A stretch of 64,000 bases of DNA from Myxococcota bacterium (GTDB lineage Bacteria > Myxococcota_A > Polyangia > Nannocystales > Nannocystaceae), in contig JBCCWC010000011.1 in assembly GCA_039194325.1 (NCBI GenBank), positions 32,001-96,000 of the forward strand, read 5' to 3'. The position numbers and the translations under genes are program-made. Shown here one piece after another: positions 9,078-19,880 of this stretch. Below the pieces are notes generated by a model that worked only from the letters and a program-made list of their open reading frames with translations, searched no databases and was not told where the DNA came from. Positions within the stretch are counted from its first letter, which is position 1, and the number at the start of each line of letters is the position of its first letter.

Positions 9078-11072
9078 TCAGCCGATTTCGACGAGGCGGC
9101 GTGCAACCGCGCGGCGGATGCTCTGGGCGCTGAATGGCTTGCGGACGCAGCGTGTATCGGGGTGTCTCAAGAACAGCTCGAGCGACTCGTCGACCACTCC
9201 CCCGGTAATGAACAGGAATCGGCCGGCTTGCTGGTCATGGTGGGCGGTGAGTCGCTCGTAGACCTCGATCCCGCTCAGATCGGGCATCATGATGTCGCAG
9301 ACCAGCAGGTCGAACGACTCCTCACGACATCGCTCCAGCGCCTCCCGGCCTCCGTGGGCGAGGCGAATGTCGTAGCCCTGTAGGGCGCGTTGGAGCATGC
9401 GTAGGATCAGGGGATCGTCGTCGATGAGCAGGACTTTGGTCTTGCCCTGCTCGGCGGTGGTGGGCTCGGCGGTGGCGGGCTCGGAGGTGGCGGGCTCGGC
9501 GGTGGCGGGCTCGGCGGTGGCGGGCTCGGCCGTGGGGGACTGGGCCGTGGGGGACTGGGCCGTGGGGGACGGTGTGGTGAGCGTCTCGTCGGGGGATTGC
9601 GCCGAGACCTCGGTCGGCGCCTCGGTCTGGACGGTGGGGAGCACGATGTGTACCGTCGTGCCTTGGCCGGGCTCGCTGGTCAGGGTCAGCTCACCGCCGG
9701 CGCCGGTGATCATCTCGCGACACAGTGTCAGGCCCAGGCCGGTACCTTGCCCGACGGGCTTGGTCGTGTAGAAGGGATCGAACACGTGGGTCGCGATCTC
9801 CGGCTCGATCCCGTGGCCGGTGTCGGAGATCTCGATGCTCACCTGCCGTCCGGGCCGGAGGGTGACGTCGATCCGGACCTCATGGTCCTCGGCGCGGCCG
9901 TCGGGGATCGCGTGGCCGGCGTTGATGAGCAGGTTGATCAGCACCTGCTCGAGCTCTCGCTCCCCGATCCGTACCGGCGGGACCCGCCCCTGCACGACCG
10001 AGAGTCGCGCCCGGTGGCGCAGCTCGTTGCGGGTCAAGACGGTGGCGGTCTCGATCGCCTTGGCGACGTCGGCCCGCGAGGCACGACCATGGTCGTTGCG
10101 CGCGACGTTTCGCATCGCCGCGACGATCTCGCTGATCCGCGCCGTGCCGTTGATCGACGCGTCGAGGCTCTCGCGCACCTCGGCCCACAGCCCGGGGTTG
10201 TCGGGACTGGTCTGTAGCTGGTCTAGATCGAGCGCCATCAGCTCCAGGTTGCCGGTCACGAAGCACAAGGGGTTGTTGATCTCGTGACCGACCGAAGCGC
10301 ACAGGCGCCCCAGCGCCTGCACCTTCTGGAGATGACGGGTCTTGCGCTCCGCCTCGAGGCGTTCTTGCATCTGCTGGCGCAGACGCTCGTGGCTGGCGGC
10401 GAGCTCCTCGGTGCGTGCCTGCACCGTGGCCTCGAGGCGCTCGTGCATCGCGGCGTGTTCGCGCAATAGCGACCACTTGGCGGTCAGGGCCATGGCCAGC
10501 TGCAGGACCTCGACGCTCTCGAAGGGCTTCTTGAGCAGCAACAGCCGATCGGTGTGACCCAGCTCGTCGAGCAATTGGTGCCACGAATAGTCCGAGTATG
10601 CGGTGCACAGCACCACCTGTAGGTTGGGATCGACCTGCCACAGGCGCTGGGTGGTCTGCACTCCGTCCCACCCGGGTGGCATGCGGATATCGACGAACGC
10701 GAGCGCGTACGGATCGCCTTGGCGCACGCTGTGCTCGACCATCGCCAGCCCCTGCTGCCCTTGCAAGGCTCCGTCCACCGTGAAGGACGGCCCCGCGGCC
10801 GGCATCGAGGACGGCGTAGAATCCGGGCGTTGGCCGAACAGGGCCTGCTCGAGATCCGCCATCGAATTCGACGGAGCCGACTGTGCCGGAGCCGACTGTG
10901 CCGGAGCCGACTGTGCCGGAGCCGACTGTGACGGACTCTGTGCGCCCATTGCACCGAAGATCCGCCGAAAATCCCCGTGGATCCTCTCGGTGTCGTCGAC
11001 GACCAGGATCCGGTACGACTTCGCCTCGGTCGAGTTCCCCAGTGTACGGGGAGAAGAGTGATGTTCGATCAC
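9078..11072 (-). CDS. Hybrid response regulator / histidine kinase (REC-HisKA-HATPase-REC)
   Basis: ILVVDD...FVDIRMPPGWDG...KKPF; H-box GHEINNPL; NLLINA, DTGHG, FYTTK, GTGLGL; C-terminal LLIDDD..CDIMMP..KPF. GTG start. Confidence 0.92.
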   Translation of the reverse strand: MIEHHSSPRTLGNSTEAKSYRILVVDDTERIHGDFRRIFGAMGAQSPSQSAPAQSAPAQSAPAQSAPSNSMADLEQALFGQRPDSTPSSMPAAGPSFTVDGALQGQQGLAMVEHSVRQGDPYALAFVDIRMPPGWDGVQTTQRLWQVDPNLQVVLCTAYSDYSWHQLLDELGHTDRLLLLKKPFESVEVLQLAMALTAKWSLLREHAAMHERLEATVQARTEELAASHERLRQQMQERLEAERKTRHLQKVQALGRLCASVGHEINNPLCFVTGNLELMALDLDQLQTSPDNPGLWAEVRESLDASINGTARISEIVAAMRNVARNDHGRASRADVAKAIETATVLTRNELRHRARLSVVQGRVPPVRIGERELEQVLINLLINAGHAIPDGRAEDHEVRIDVTLRPGRQVSIEISDTGHGIEPEIATHVFDPFYTTKPVGQGTGLGLTLCREMITGAGGELTLTSEPGQGTTVHIVLPTVQTEAPTEVSAQSPDETLTTPSPTAQSPTAQSPTAEPATAEPATAEPATSEPATAEPTTAEQGKTKVLLIDDDPLILRMLQRALQGYDIRLAHGGREALERCREESFDLLVCDIMMPDLSGIEVYERLTAHHDQQAGRFLFITGGVVDESLELFLRHPDTRCVRKPFSAQSIRRAVARRLVEIG

Positions 11073-11309
11073 CGTTGCAAAGAACAGTCTAGACAGAAAG
11101 ATCGCACCTACGCCATATCATAAACTGACAGTTGCGAAGTGGGCCGGGTCGCATTGAGCGGATTCGACCGAACGGCGAATCGTCTGCAATAATTGCGGCC
11201 ATGACGTCGTCGGTGTCGAACAGAACGTTGTCAGCAAGCGGGCATGTCGGCGCCACCGTGGGGAGCGTCGTCTCGCCGGTGGGGAGCATCGCCGCGCCGG
11301 CGGGGATCG

Positions 11310-13811
11310 CTAGCGCACGCTGAACCGAGCGCCTCGGCTATCGAGCGAGTACGCGCGACCCCGTGGGCGAACGTGAACCTCATGGTCACCGGGGACAAGC
11401 TCGACCAGGGCGTGGTACGGCCAGTCGCTGGTGGCGACCACATCGCCGTCCACCACGAACTCCACCCGTGGAGCGACCGACGCTGGATCCGCCGCGTTGC
11501 CCTGCAGCTCGGCGCGCAGCTCGACCACGTCGTGGTCGTGCCCAGACCAAAAGACCGCCCCGTCGGTCGGCTCCACGATCGCCAGCACCGTCGGTCCAGC
11601 CGCGGGCGCGCAGCCCGGGGTGCGCTCGGCCGCCAGCCACGGCGTTCCCCAGGGATCTTCGCCGGGGGCGCCCACCGGCCGCTCGTCGAGCCACGCGGTG
11701 AATGGCGCGGGTAGCACCGCGATCGTCTGCTCGCCATGCGGATCGCAGGTGTAGGGGCGCGCGGCCGAAGGTTCCGGGCGGGCGTGTACGTGCAGGGTGC
11801 AGGGCTCTTGCGGCACGTGGGAGGCGGCCAGCGGGCGAGTTACCGTGTGCTCGCAGGCGGGCCCGGGGCGTTGCCCGGACAGCGGACAGACCTCCACGGG
11901 CTCCAGCAACGCCGGATCCCACAGCGGCGCTCGCGTAGGGACGTCTCGCATGGCCCGGCGCATCACGTCGGCGAACAGCGGTCCGGCGCCGCCGGCCCCG
12001 GTGACCTCGTGCATGGGGCTGGCGTCGGCGTTGCCTAGCCACACCGCGACGGTGCGCTCGTGGGTGTAGCCGACCGTCCAGGCGTCGCGGTAGCCGGAGC
12101 TGGTGCCCGTCTTGAGGGCCACGGCAAAGCCGATGTCGAAGGGTCGATGCCCGGGGGGCAACAGCCGGCGGCGCGCGAGAGGATCGGACAGGGCCTCGGT
12201 CACCATGGCCGCGACCGCGGGCTCGATCACCGGGGTGGTGGTCGGTGCGTCGGCGCCCATCACCATTTGCAGGGGCCGGTGCTCCCCGCCGTGGGCCAGG
12301 GTCACGTAGGCCTCGGCCAGCTCGCGCAGGCCCACCTCGCCGCTGCCCAGGGAAAGGGCCAGTCCGTAGTGCTCGGCCGGCTCGCGCAGGCTCCCAAGGC
12401 CCAGGCGGCGTAGCGTCTGCAGCAATTGTCCCGGGGGTAGCTGCGAGGCCAGGCGTACCGCGGGGATGTTGAGGCTGGTGGCCAGGGCCTCGCGGGCGGT
12501 GACCGGCCCGGTGAAGGCGCCGTGGTAGTTGCGCGGGGCGTACACGTGCCCCGGACCCTCACGGAATCGGGTGGGCACGTCGGGCAACAGCTCCAGCGGC
12601 GAGTGCCCCGCCGCGAAGGCCAGCCCGTAGACGAAGGGCTTGAGCGTCGAGCCCGGCTGCCGAGGCGCGCGCACCATGTCCACCTGCCCGGCGATCGCCG
12701 GATCGTGGAAATCCGCGCTCCCCACGTAGGCCAGCACCTGTGCGGTGGCGTTGTCGACCACGAGCACCGCGGCGTCGCCAGCCCCCTGGTCCACCATGCG
12801 GGCCATCTGGGTGCGGACCAGCCCCTCCACGTCGGCCTGGAGCGAGAGATCGATCGTGGTGGTGGTTGTGGAACCGGATTGCAGTCGGCCCTCGCTTTGC
12901 AGGGTCTGGACCAGGTGCGGGGCGAGGAAGGGGCGGGCCAGGGGGCGCGGCTCGATGGGCTCGGCCAGGGCCCGTCGTAGCTGGGCTGCGTCGATCTCAC
13001 CGGCCTCGTGGAGCGCCCGCAGCAGCGCCCGCTGACGCACGAGCACCCGATCGGCGTGTCGGTAGGGATCGAGGTGCGAGGGGGCCCGAGGCAGCACCGC
13101 CAAGAACGCCGCCTGGGCCCACGACAGCTGGCGCGCGGTCACCCCGAAGTACCCCTGGGCGGCGGCCTGGGGTCCGACCAGCCCGTGGCCGTAGGGGAGG
13201 CGGTTGACGTAGGCTTCGAGGATCTCGTCCTTGCTCAAGGCATCGTCGAGGTTGCGGGCTCGCGCCGCCTCACGCAGCTTGACCCACACGTCACGGGGCT
13301 CGGGTTGCCCGCGGGTGTCGAGCAGCTTGACCAGCTGCTGGGTGATCGTGCTGGCGCCCGAGACCACCCGCCGATGGCGGAGGTTCTGGCTCATCGCGCG
13401 CACAATAGCCGCGGGATCCACCCCGTCGTGCTCATAGAAGCGGGTGTCCTCGCTGACCCGGGTCGCGGTCAGCAGTCGCGGACCTATCTGTGCCAGGGAC
13501 AGCGGCTGGCCCCGGCGGCCGAGCTCCCCGGGGAGCTCCCGGAGCAGCTGCCCGTGGCGATCGAGGACCCGATGGCCCGAGTACCAGTCGTCGTGCAGGG
13601 CCTCGCGGGGGCGATCGACCTGCTGCCGCAGCCAGGACCACAAGGTGGCCCAGCCCACCCAGGCGGTGGCCACCAGCAGGACCAGCGTGCCCAGGACCAG
13701 CCGCCGTCGTCGTCGCCATCGTGGTCGCGGTTGTGGTTGCTCGGTGGTCATCATCGTCGACTCGGAGGGCTCGGCCGGGCCGGGAGATTCGGGGTAAAGG
13801 TCGCGTTGCAT
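11310..13811 (-). CDS. pbpC: Penicillin-binding protein 1C (transglycosylase-transpeptidase)
   Basis: EDTRFYEHDG, GASTITQQLVK, SxxK (GSTLK), SLN, KTGTS; N-terminal TM helix; ATG 13811 lies 2 nt after the stop of the alpha-2-macroglobulin gene. Confidence 0.9.
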   Translation of the reverse strand: MQRDLYPESPGPAEPSESTMMTTEQPQPRPRWRRRRRLVLGTLVLLVATAWVGWATLWSWLRQQVDRPREALHDDWYSGHRVLDRHGQLLRELPGELGRRGQPLSLAQIGPRLLTATRVSEDTRFYEHDGVDPAAIVRAMSQNLRHRRVVSGASTITQQLVKLLDTRGQPEPRDVWVKLREAARARNLDDALSKDEILEAYVNRLPYGHGLVGPQAAAQGYFGVTARQLSWAQAAFLAVLPRAPSHLDPYRHADRVLVRQRALLRALHEAGEIDAAQLRRALAEPIEPRPLARPFLAPHLVQTLQSEGRLQSGSTTTTTIDLSLQADVEGLVRTQMARMVDQGAGDAAVLVVDNATAQVLAYVGSADFHDPAIAGQVDMVRAPRQPGSTLKPFVYGLAFAAGHSPLELLPDVPTRFREGPGHVYAPRNYHGAFTGPVTAREALATSLNIPAVRLASQLPPGQLLQTLRRLGLGSLREPAEHYGLALSLGSGEVGLRELAEAYVTLAHGGEHRPLQMVMGADAPTTTPVIEPAVAAMVTEALSDPLARRRLLPPGHRPFDIGFAVALKTGTSSGYRDAWTVGYTHERTVAVWLGNADASPMHEVTGAGGAGPLFADVMRRAMRDVPTRAPLWDPALLEPVEVCPLSGQRPGPACEHTVTRPLAASHVPQEPCTLHVHARPEPSAARPYTCDPHGEQTIAVLPAPFTAWLDERPVGAPGEDPWGTPWLAAERTPGCAPAAGPTVLAIVEPTDGAVFWSGHDHDVVELRAELQGNAADPASVAPRVEFVVDGDVVATSDWPYHALVELVPGDHEVHVRPRGRAYSLDSRGARFSVR

Positions 13812-13813
13812 GG

Positions 13814-16800
13814 CTACGGCACCACCGTGAAGGTTCGGGCCTTGCTGTAGCCCGCGCTGTCGGGCTCGTACATCAGCTCCGCCATGGCCGGCGGGGCCTC
13901 GAATCGGCCCGGGGTCGTCGCGCGCATCAGGTACGTCGCGTGCACCCACTGCCCCCAGAACCGGTCGAAGTAAAAGTGGGCCCGGTCGTCGCGCAGCTCC
14001 ATGTGGCTGGTCGAGCTGCTCGTCCAGCGCAGGTGGTCGTAGAGCGGATGCTCGTCGTCGAGCGCCGGCACCTCCGAGACCGTCCACAGATCGGGCTGCA
14101 TCGCCTCGAAGCCCGCAGGCAGGCGATCGGTGATCGCCAGGTAGCCGCGGCGCTCGTAGGCCAGGTCTTGCGGCATCCGGGCCAGCAGCACCACCCGGAG
14201 TACCTGCCCGGGGGTGATCGCGTCGAAGTCGACGCGGCGCCCCTTGGCGTCGGTGATCACCCGGTAAAGATCCGGGCCGTGCTCGGTGGTGGTCGCCGCG
14301 GGGCTGTGGGCATCCGCGGTGGGCCGGCGCCAGCGGGCGCTGACCACGAACGCCTGCGACTCGGTCGACTCACTCTCCATCGTCAGGATCGCACGACGCC
14401 CTCGCAGCTCGGACAGCGGGATCCGGTAGCGGCGCACGCTGGGGCCCAGGTTCACCGACTCGGCCAGCACGGGCATCAGGTCTACGTCGTCGAGCAGTGC
14501 CCGCTGCCGGGCCGCGCTGCCCTCGGCCGCGGAGACTCGCTCGGAGAGGGCCAGCAGCCCATATGCCGTCCCCTGGGTGGTGTAGCCCTGGCTGCGGCCC
14601 AGCAGGTTGCCGACCAGTCGGGGCAGCACTGCCGAGTGCGGTCGCAGCCGGTGCAGGGCCAGCGCCGACTGAGCGATCGTGCGCTGGTCGGAGCCGTAGT
14701 AGCCAAAGTCGTCCTTGCGGGGCTCGAGCAGGGCGCCCTGCTCGTCGAACGCGGTCTCGATCCCGTCGAGCAGCGCGTGGACCCGGTCGTCCTGCTCGGG
14801 CAGGCTCGACAGGGCCAGGGCCAGGGTGGCCCGGCCAAACACGCCCTGCTCGGGCACGGTGTCGTGCAGCGCATCGGCGATGCTGGGCGGCAGCGCCTCG
14901 AGCTCGGCCAGGGCCAGGGCCACCGAGGCCCGCACCTCCACCCCGTAGCCGTGGGGCGGGCGACGAGCCTCCACCATGCGCACCAGGTACTCGCGCATGC
15001 CGTCGATCATCCCCTCGGGGGCCTCGATCCCCAGGCGCTGGGCCCGGGCGATCGCCAGGGTGGCGTAGGCGGTCCCGAAGGGGTTGGGGTCGGTGCCGCC
15101 GGGCCAGTAGGCCAGCCCGCCTTCGCTGGTGCGCATGGTCGACAGGCGCTCGACGCCGGCGCGGATCATCGGGCGCAGTTGTTCGTCGTCGTAGCGGGTC
15201 AGGCCCATGCGGGGCAGGATCTCCCGCGCCGCCAGCAAGGGCAGGGTGCTCGAGGTGGTCTGCTCTACGCAGCCGTGCGGGTAGTCGATGAGGTACTCCA
15301 GCCGGCTGCCCAGCTCCGGCCACAGGTTCTCGCCCACCGTCACGGTGACGAAGTCCTCGCCGCCTGCGTCCACGAAGACCTCCGGCGGGATCTCCAGCGC
15401 GACCTGTTGCCGGCCCAAGAAGCGCCCGTGGATCACCGGGCGCTCGTCGACCCCTGGGGCCTGCACCGGCACCGTAGCCTCCACGCGGTCGCGCACCGTG
15501 CCCGAGGCGTCGGCCACCGAAAACTCGAGCGAAAGCGGGGTCGCCCGGGTCGGGGTCTGCTCGAAGGCCACCCGCGCCCGGCCGCCGGCCGCGATCGTGA
15601 CGGGCTGGCTTTGCGCGCCCAGGGTCACCGTCACCTGCTCCTCGTGGTCTTGGTTGTTGTGCACGAGCACCGCCGCCTCGAAGCGGTCGCCGATCGCCGC
15701 GAAGCGCGGCACGGCGGGCACGGCCATCAGCGGCATCTGGACCTCGAAATCGTCCTCGTGCACGCCGCCGCGGCCGTCGGCGTCGATCACCACCGCCATC
15801 ATGCGAAAGCGGGTGAGGTTGTCGGGCAAGGTAAAGTGCACGTGGGCGCGACCCTCGGCGTCGGTGCGCAGCGACGGCTTCCATAGCGCGGTCTTGACGA
15901 AGTTCTTGCGGGTGGAGACCAGGCTATGGCTGCCCGCGCCGCTGCCGTCGCCCGCGACGTGAGAGCGCCGCAGTTGCTCGGCCAAAAGGCGCCGGCTGTC
16001 GTCGACCCACAGCTCCAGGCCCTGCCCGGGGTACAGCAGGGGGACCGGATCGGCGGCATGGAAGTTCGTCAGGCGCAGCACGCCCTCGTCCACCACCGCC
16101 AGCGCGACCTCGGCGTTGGGCACGGCCACGCCCCCGCGGCTGACGTCGACCACCACGTCGACCGACTCGCCCGGCTCGTAACGGTCGCGGTCGCTGGCCA
16201 CGGTGACGTCGAGGCGCGTGTCCTCCAGGCTCACCGGCAGTCGCACCGCGCCGAGCTTCCAGTCGACCCGCGCGTCACCCTTGGCCCCGCGGGGCAACAG
16301 CGTAATCGTGGCGTGGGCGTGCGGTGCATGCTCGGCCGTCAGCGGCACCCGGAAGCGGGCCGCCGACTCGGTCACGTGGATCGTGCGGTGATGCAGGATC
16401 TCGCCCTGCTCGACGGTGAGGATCGCGGTCGCCTCGGGGAAGGGGTTGCGCACCATCAGCTCGGCCGTATCGCCCGGGGCGTAGCGCTCGCGATCGGCCA
16501 CGATCTCGATCCGTCGCCCGGGGGAGGGCTGGCTTGCGCTTCCGTCCGAGCCCCAGGCCGAGCCCCAGGCCCACGCTCGCAGCGATCCGCCGCGGCGGCC
16601 GTCGATGAAGGCGCTGACCCGATACGAGCCCGAGCGTCGGGGGACGAGGCGGCAGCCCGAGGTGTCGGTGCCGGTCACCGTGCAGCGGCCGGTCGGCTCC
16701 GCCACCTCGTGCCACTGCTGTTCGGCGAAGCCGCCGGGGCCGGGGCGTCGGACCCGGCGCCAGGTCAGCCGCTCCAGGCGGATCTCGAACGACGCGTCGG

Positions 16801-19573
16801 GGACGGTGGCGCCGGACTGGTCGATCACGCCGGCCTCCAGCGCCAGCGCCTTGCCCACGTCGAGCCAGCGGTCGGGCAGGCGTAACCCCGCGTAGCGGTC
16901 GGCCGCGTGGAGCACCACCGAGGCCCGCCCTGCGATCGCGCGGTGCGACTGGTCGGTGACCTCCGCCTCGAGGGTGAAGCGCTGGGGTCCCCGGTCGGCG
17001 GGTAGCTCGACCGCGGGCGAGACGCGAAGGTGACCGTCGGCGGCCAGGGTGCCCTCGCCCACGCGCATCCACGCTTCGCCCTTGTCCTCGCTCCACCACG
17101 AGCGCACCCGTCGGAAGTGCAGGCCCTTGGCGGTCAGCGGGCCCCGAGGGAACGGGGCGTCGGCCCGGCGCAAGGTCCATGCGACGGGGGCGTCCTCCAT
17201 GGCGGCCCCGAACAGATAGCGGCCGTGCACGTCGGCCCGCAGCGTCTGGCCGCCCTTGTCGGTCTTGGTATCCACTTGGGCCTCCACGTCCACCGTGAAG
17301 CGCGGGGGCTCGAACTCGGCGATCTGTAGGCCGTAGCGGGCCAGCACTGCGTCGTCACGCAGCGGAGCGACCAGCTCGACCCGGTAGCGGCCGATCTCGG
17401 CCGAGTCGGGCACCGGGAAGCTCGTGGCGAAGCTGCCCAGATCCGAAGTGACCCCGTCCTCGGTGAACACCTCTTGTCCGGTAGGCGCGTGGATCCGCAG
17501 GCCGACCGGCATGGTGGGGGCGGCTCGCAGCTTGCCGTGCTCGCGGAACTGCACCATGCCCTTGAGGTGGACCGTGGCCCCGGGGCGATAGACGCCGCGA
17601 TCGCTGAGCACCAGGGCTCGGATGTCATCCAACGGCGCTTGTCCGCCCGATAGCTCCGGAGCCAGGTCACCCTCGTCCAGCGTGCCGCCGCCCAGCGCGA
17701 CAGTGGCTCGGGCGTGATCCGCTTCCACCTCGAGCACGTGGTGGCGCTGGCGGCCGGGGCCATCGTCGAGCGAGCGGGGAAGCACCGCCATCCCGTCCGC
17801 CCCCGTCTTCACTCCGGAGACTCGGGTGCCGTCCACCAGCAAGTGCGCGCCGGCCACTGGGGTGCCGTCGTGGAGCCGAGCCACGTGCACCAGCGTCTCG
17901 TCTCGCCCCGCGTGCACGTGCACCGCCAGGGACTGGTCGTCGTGCGGGGTCAGCAGCGCCGTGGGGGGCCGGGCCGCCATCGCCCACTCGGGGTACGCCG
18001 GGGGCTTGGCGCCGAATGCCGGAGTCTCGAGCTCTAGCCGGGCCAGGTAGGTCTTGCCCGGCGACAGGGTCGCGAGCAGATCGACGGTGGTCTCCACCGA
18101 CTGGTCACGGCGTGCTCGGGGGCGCACCGGGATGCTCAGATCGGGCGATCGGCTGGGTCGCTCTCGCCCGCCCAGCTGGCGTCGGGCGTCCTCCCAGGCC
18201 GCGGCCCGGGGCTCGATCTCCCACAGATCCACCCGTGCCTCGTTTACGTTGCGGGTGGTCAGGGTAAAGCGGCGGCTGCTCGCCTCGTCGAGCACCTGCT
18301 GGCCCTCGGGCATCGACACACTGGCCGACTGCGGGGCCACGTCGACCGCCAGGCGTAGCGGGGTGCTGAGCCGGGAGCCGTAGCGATCGCGGACGCGGCC
18401 CACCTTGACCGTGTAGTGGGTGGACGAGCGGAACTCGCCCGAGATCCAGACCACCCCGTTCGAGCGCCAGCGATCGGCGCGGATCCGCAGGTTCTTGACC
18501 TTCGGGGTCACCTGGATCTTCTTGGCCAGCTGGGCGTCGGGGGTCGCGATCGGGTTGTTGAACTCCACCGAGAATCGATTGCCCGTCAGCTCCAGGGTGC
18601 CGTCCTTCCAGGTGCAGCGATCCTCTTGGTCGTAGTAGTCGCTCTGGCAGTCGACCGTCTCGAATTCGAGGGGCTCGGCCACCTCATAGACGTGCTCCTC
18701 GAACATCGCGCCGTCGGGGCGGTCGACCCGCAGCTCTACGCGCTGCCCCGGCTCGGGACGGGACGCCGGGGTGGCTACGACCACGTGGCGGCGGTCGACC
18801 GGGGTGCCCTCGAAGCGATCCTCCTTGGCGTGGGACAGCGTCAGGTCGCGCGCCACGCCGTCCACCTCCCCGTGCAGCATCCCGGCCACCTGCGCCAGGG
18901 TCACCGGTTGGTCGAAGAGGATCTTCGGTGCGATGTCGCGGCCGACCTTCGAGACGTACTCGGGGCGCACGGCGACCGGCCGCGGGGTGCCGGCCTCGGG
19001 CAGGTAGCTGATGATCTTGCCCCCGACGCTCACTCGCGGCTGCGCGATGAACGTGCCCGTCCAGCCCTCGGCCACCCGGGCGCCCTCCTGGTCGTGGAGC
19101 TCGCCGAGCGCCACCGTGTACTCGGTCTGTGGGTCGAAGGGGGCGGTGGCCCGGAAGGCCAGCACCCACGGGCTGGGCCACGAGATCTCGCCGTCCACCG
19201 CCGGGGTCAGCGTCAGCGGGGCCGGGTCCGCCGGTGGTGGGGCGATCGAGCGATTGAAGTGGATCCGCAGGGTCTGGCCGGCGATCTCGAAGTGCCGGTC
19301 GTCGCCGAGCTGTGGCCACTGCACGTCGGTGGGCGCCTCGTCGGTGGTCTCGTCCTCGGCGATGGCGCGGGGCAGCGTGCGGCGGGGCCCGGCGTGCGAC
19401 GCTGGGGGAAACACCATCATCTCGCCGCCGGTGGCCGCGGCCATGAAGGGGGAGTCGGGAGTGGCGGTGTCTTCACCGCCTCCGGCGACGGTAGGGACGG
19501 GCTGGCAGGCGAGGGCCTGAACCAGCAGCAGGGCGATGGCGCTGCGATGGCGTGGCATGGCGGCGCTCGTCAT
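13814..19573 (-). CDS. Bacterial alpha-2-macroglobulin family lipoprotein
   Basis: Lipobox-like LLLVQALAC; SDRGVYRPG; thioester motif YPHGCVEQ (15260-15271); LPDNLTRFR; C-terminal PPAMAELMYEP; paired with pbpC as in yfhM-pbpC. Confidence 0.92.
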   Translation of the reverse strand: MTSAAMPRHRSAIALLLVQALACQPVPTVAGGGEDTATPDSPFMAAATGGEMMVFPPASHAGPRRTLPRAIAEDETTDEAPTDVQWPQLGDDRHFEIAGQTLRIHFNRSIAPPPADPAPLTLTPAVDGEISWPSPWVLAFRATAPFDPQTEYTVALGELHDQEGARVAEGWTGTFIAQPRVSVGGKIISYLPEAGTPRPVAVRPEYVSKVGRDIAPKILFDQPVTLAQVAGMLHGEVDGVARDLTLSHAKEDRFEGTPVDRRHVVVATPASRPEPGQRVELRVDRPDGAMFEEHVYEVAEPLEFETVDCQSDYYDQEDRCTWKDGTLELTGNRFSVEFNNPIATPDAQLAKKIQVTPKVKNLRIRADRWRSNGVVWISGEFRSSTHYTVKVGRVRDRYGSRLSTPLRLAVDVAPQSASVSMPEGQQVLDEASSRRFTLTTRNVNEARVDLWEIEPRAAAWEDARRQLGGRERPSRSPDLSIPVRPRARRDQSVETTVDLLATLSPGKTYLARLELETPAFGAKPPAYPEWAMAARPPTALLTPHDDQSLAVHVHAGRDETLVHVARLHDGTPVAGAHLLVDGTRVSGVKTGADGMAVLPRSLDDGPGRQRHHVLEVEADHARATVALGGGTLDEGDLAPELSGGQAPLDDIRALVLSDRGVYRPGATVHLKGMVQFREHGKLRAAPTMPVGLRIHAPTGQEVFTEDGVTSDLGSFATSFPVPDSAEIGRYRVELVAPLRDDAVLARYGLQIAEFEPPRFTVDVEAQVDTKTDKGGQTLRADVHGRYLFGAAMEDAPVAWTLRRADAPFPRGPLTAKGLHFRRVRSWWSEDKGEAWMRVGEGTLAADGHLRVSPAVELPADRGPQRFTLEAEVTDQSHRAIAGRASVVLHAADRYAGLRLPDRWLDVGKALALEAGVIDQSGATVPDASFEIRLERLTWRRVRRPGPGGFAEQQWHEVAEPTGRCTVTGTDTSGCRLVPRRSGSYRVSAFIDGRRGGSLRAWAWGSAWGSDGSASQPSPGRRIEIVADRERYAPGDTAELMVRNPFPEATAILTVEQGEILHHRTIHVTESAARFRVPLTAEHAPHAHATITLLPRGAKGDARVDWKLGAVRLPVSLEDTRLDVTVASDRDRYEPGESVDVVVDVSRGGVAVPNAEVALAVVDEGVLRLTNFHAADPVPLLYPGQGLELWVDDSRRLLAEQLRRSHVAGDGSGAGSHSLVSTRKNFVKTALWKPSLRTDAEGRAHVHFTLPDNLTRFRMMAVVIDADGRGGVHEDDFEVQMPLMAVPAVPRFAAIGDRFEAAVLVHNNQDHEEQVTVTLGAQSQPVTIAAGGRARVAFEQTPTRATPLSLEFSVADASGTVRDRVEATVPVQAPGVDERPVIHGRFLGRQQVALEIPPEVFVDAGGEDFVTVTVGENLWPELGSRLEYLIDYPHGCVEQTTSSTLPLLAAREILPRMGLTRYDDEQLRPMIRAGVERLSTMRTSEGGLAYWPGGTDPNPFGTAYATLAIARAQRLGIEAPEGMIDGMREYLVRMVEARRPPHGYGVEVRASVALALAELEALPPSIADALHDTVPEQGVFGRATLALALSSLPEQDDRVHALLDGIETAFDEQGALLEPRKDDFGYYGSDQRTIAQSALALHRLRPHSAVLPRLVGNLLGRSQGYTTQGTAYGLLALSERVSAAEGSAARQRALLDDVDLMPVLAESVNLGPSVRRYRIPLSELRGRRAILTMESESTESQAFVVSARWRRPTADAHSPAATTTEHGPDLYRVITDAKGRRVDFDAITPGQVLRVVLLARMPQDLAYERRGYLAITDRLPAGFEAMQPDLWTVSEVPALDDEHPLYDHLRWTSSSTSHMELRDDRAHFYFDRFWGQWVHATYLMRATTPGRFEAPPAMAELMYEPDSAGYSKARTFTVVP

Positions 19574-19880
19574 TGCACGCGCCTTGCCAAGGTCGCGATC
19601 GTCGCCACTTGAGGCCGCTGCCCGCCACCGATTGCGGCAATCGATGTCGTCGATGACACAAAGCGACGCGAACGAGGGCTTCGCACGGGCCCAACAAAGA
19701 CGGACGGGGACGAGCCCGAGGGGGTCGGTGACCGGTGGTGGGAGCGCCGTTCGAGCCTGGGGAGCGGGGAATAGCGGGGGCGGCGAGGGCGTCTTTGGAG
19801 GTTGGTCCGGCCGGCACATGAGAGAATTCGCAGCCGGGGCTCGCTTTGCGCGGAGCGCAGTTGGCCGCAAATTAGAGGGG

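Noticed and set aside
13490..15886. Long antisense and alternate-frame ORFs (e.g. 798 aa here; also 1656-3482, 58702-60525, 61637-63409)
   Set aside because: Typical stop-poor shadow ORFs of high-GC genes; they overlap well-supported genes
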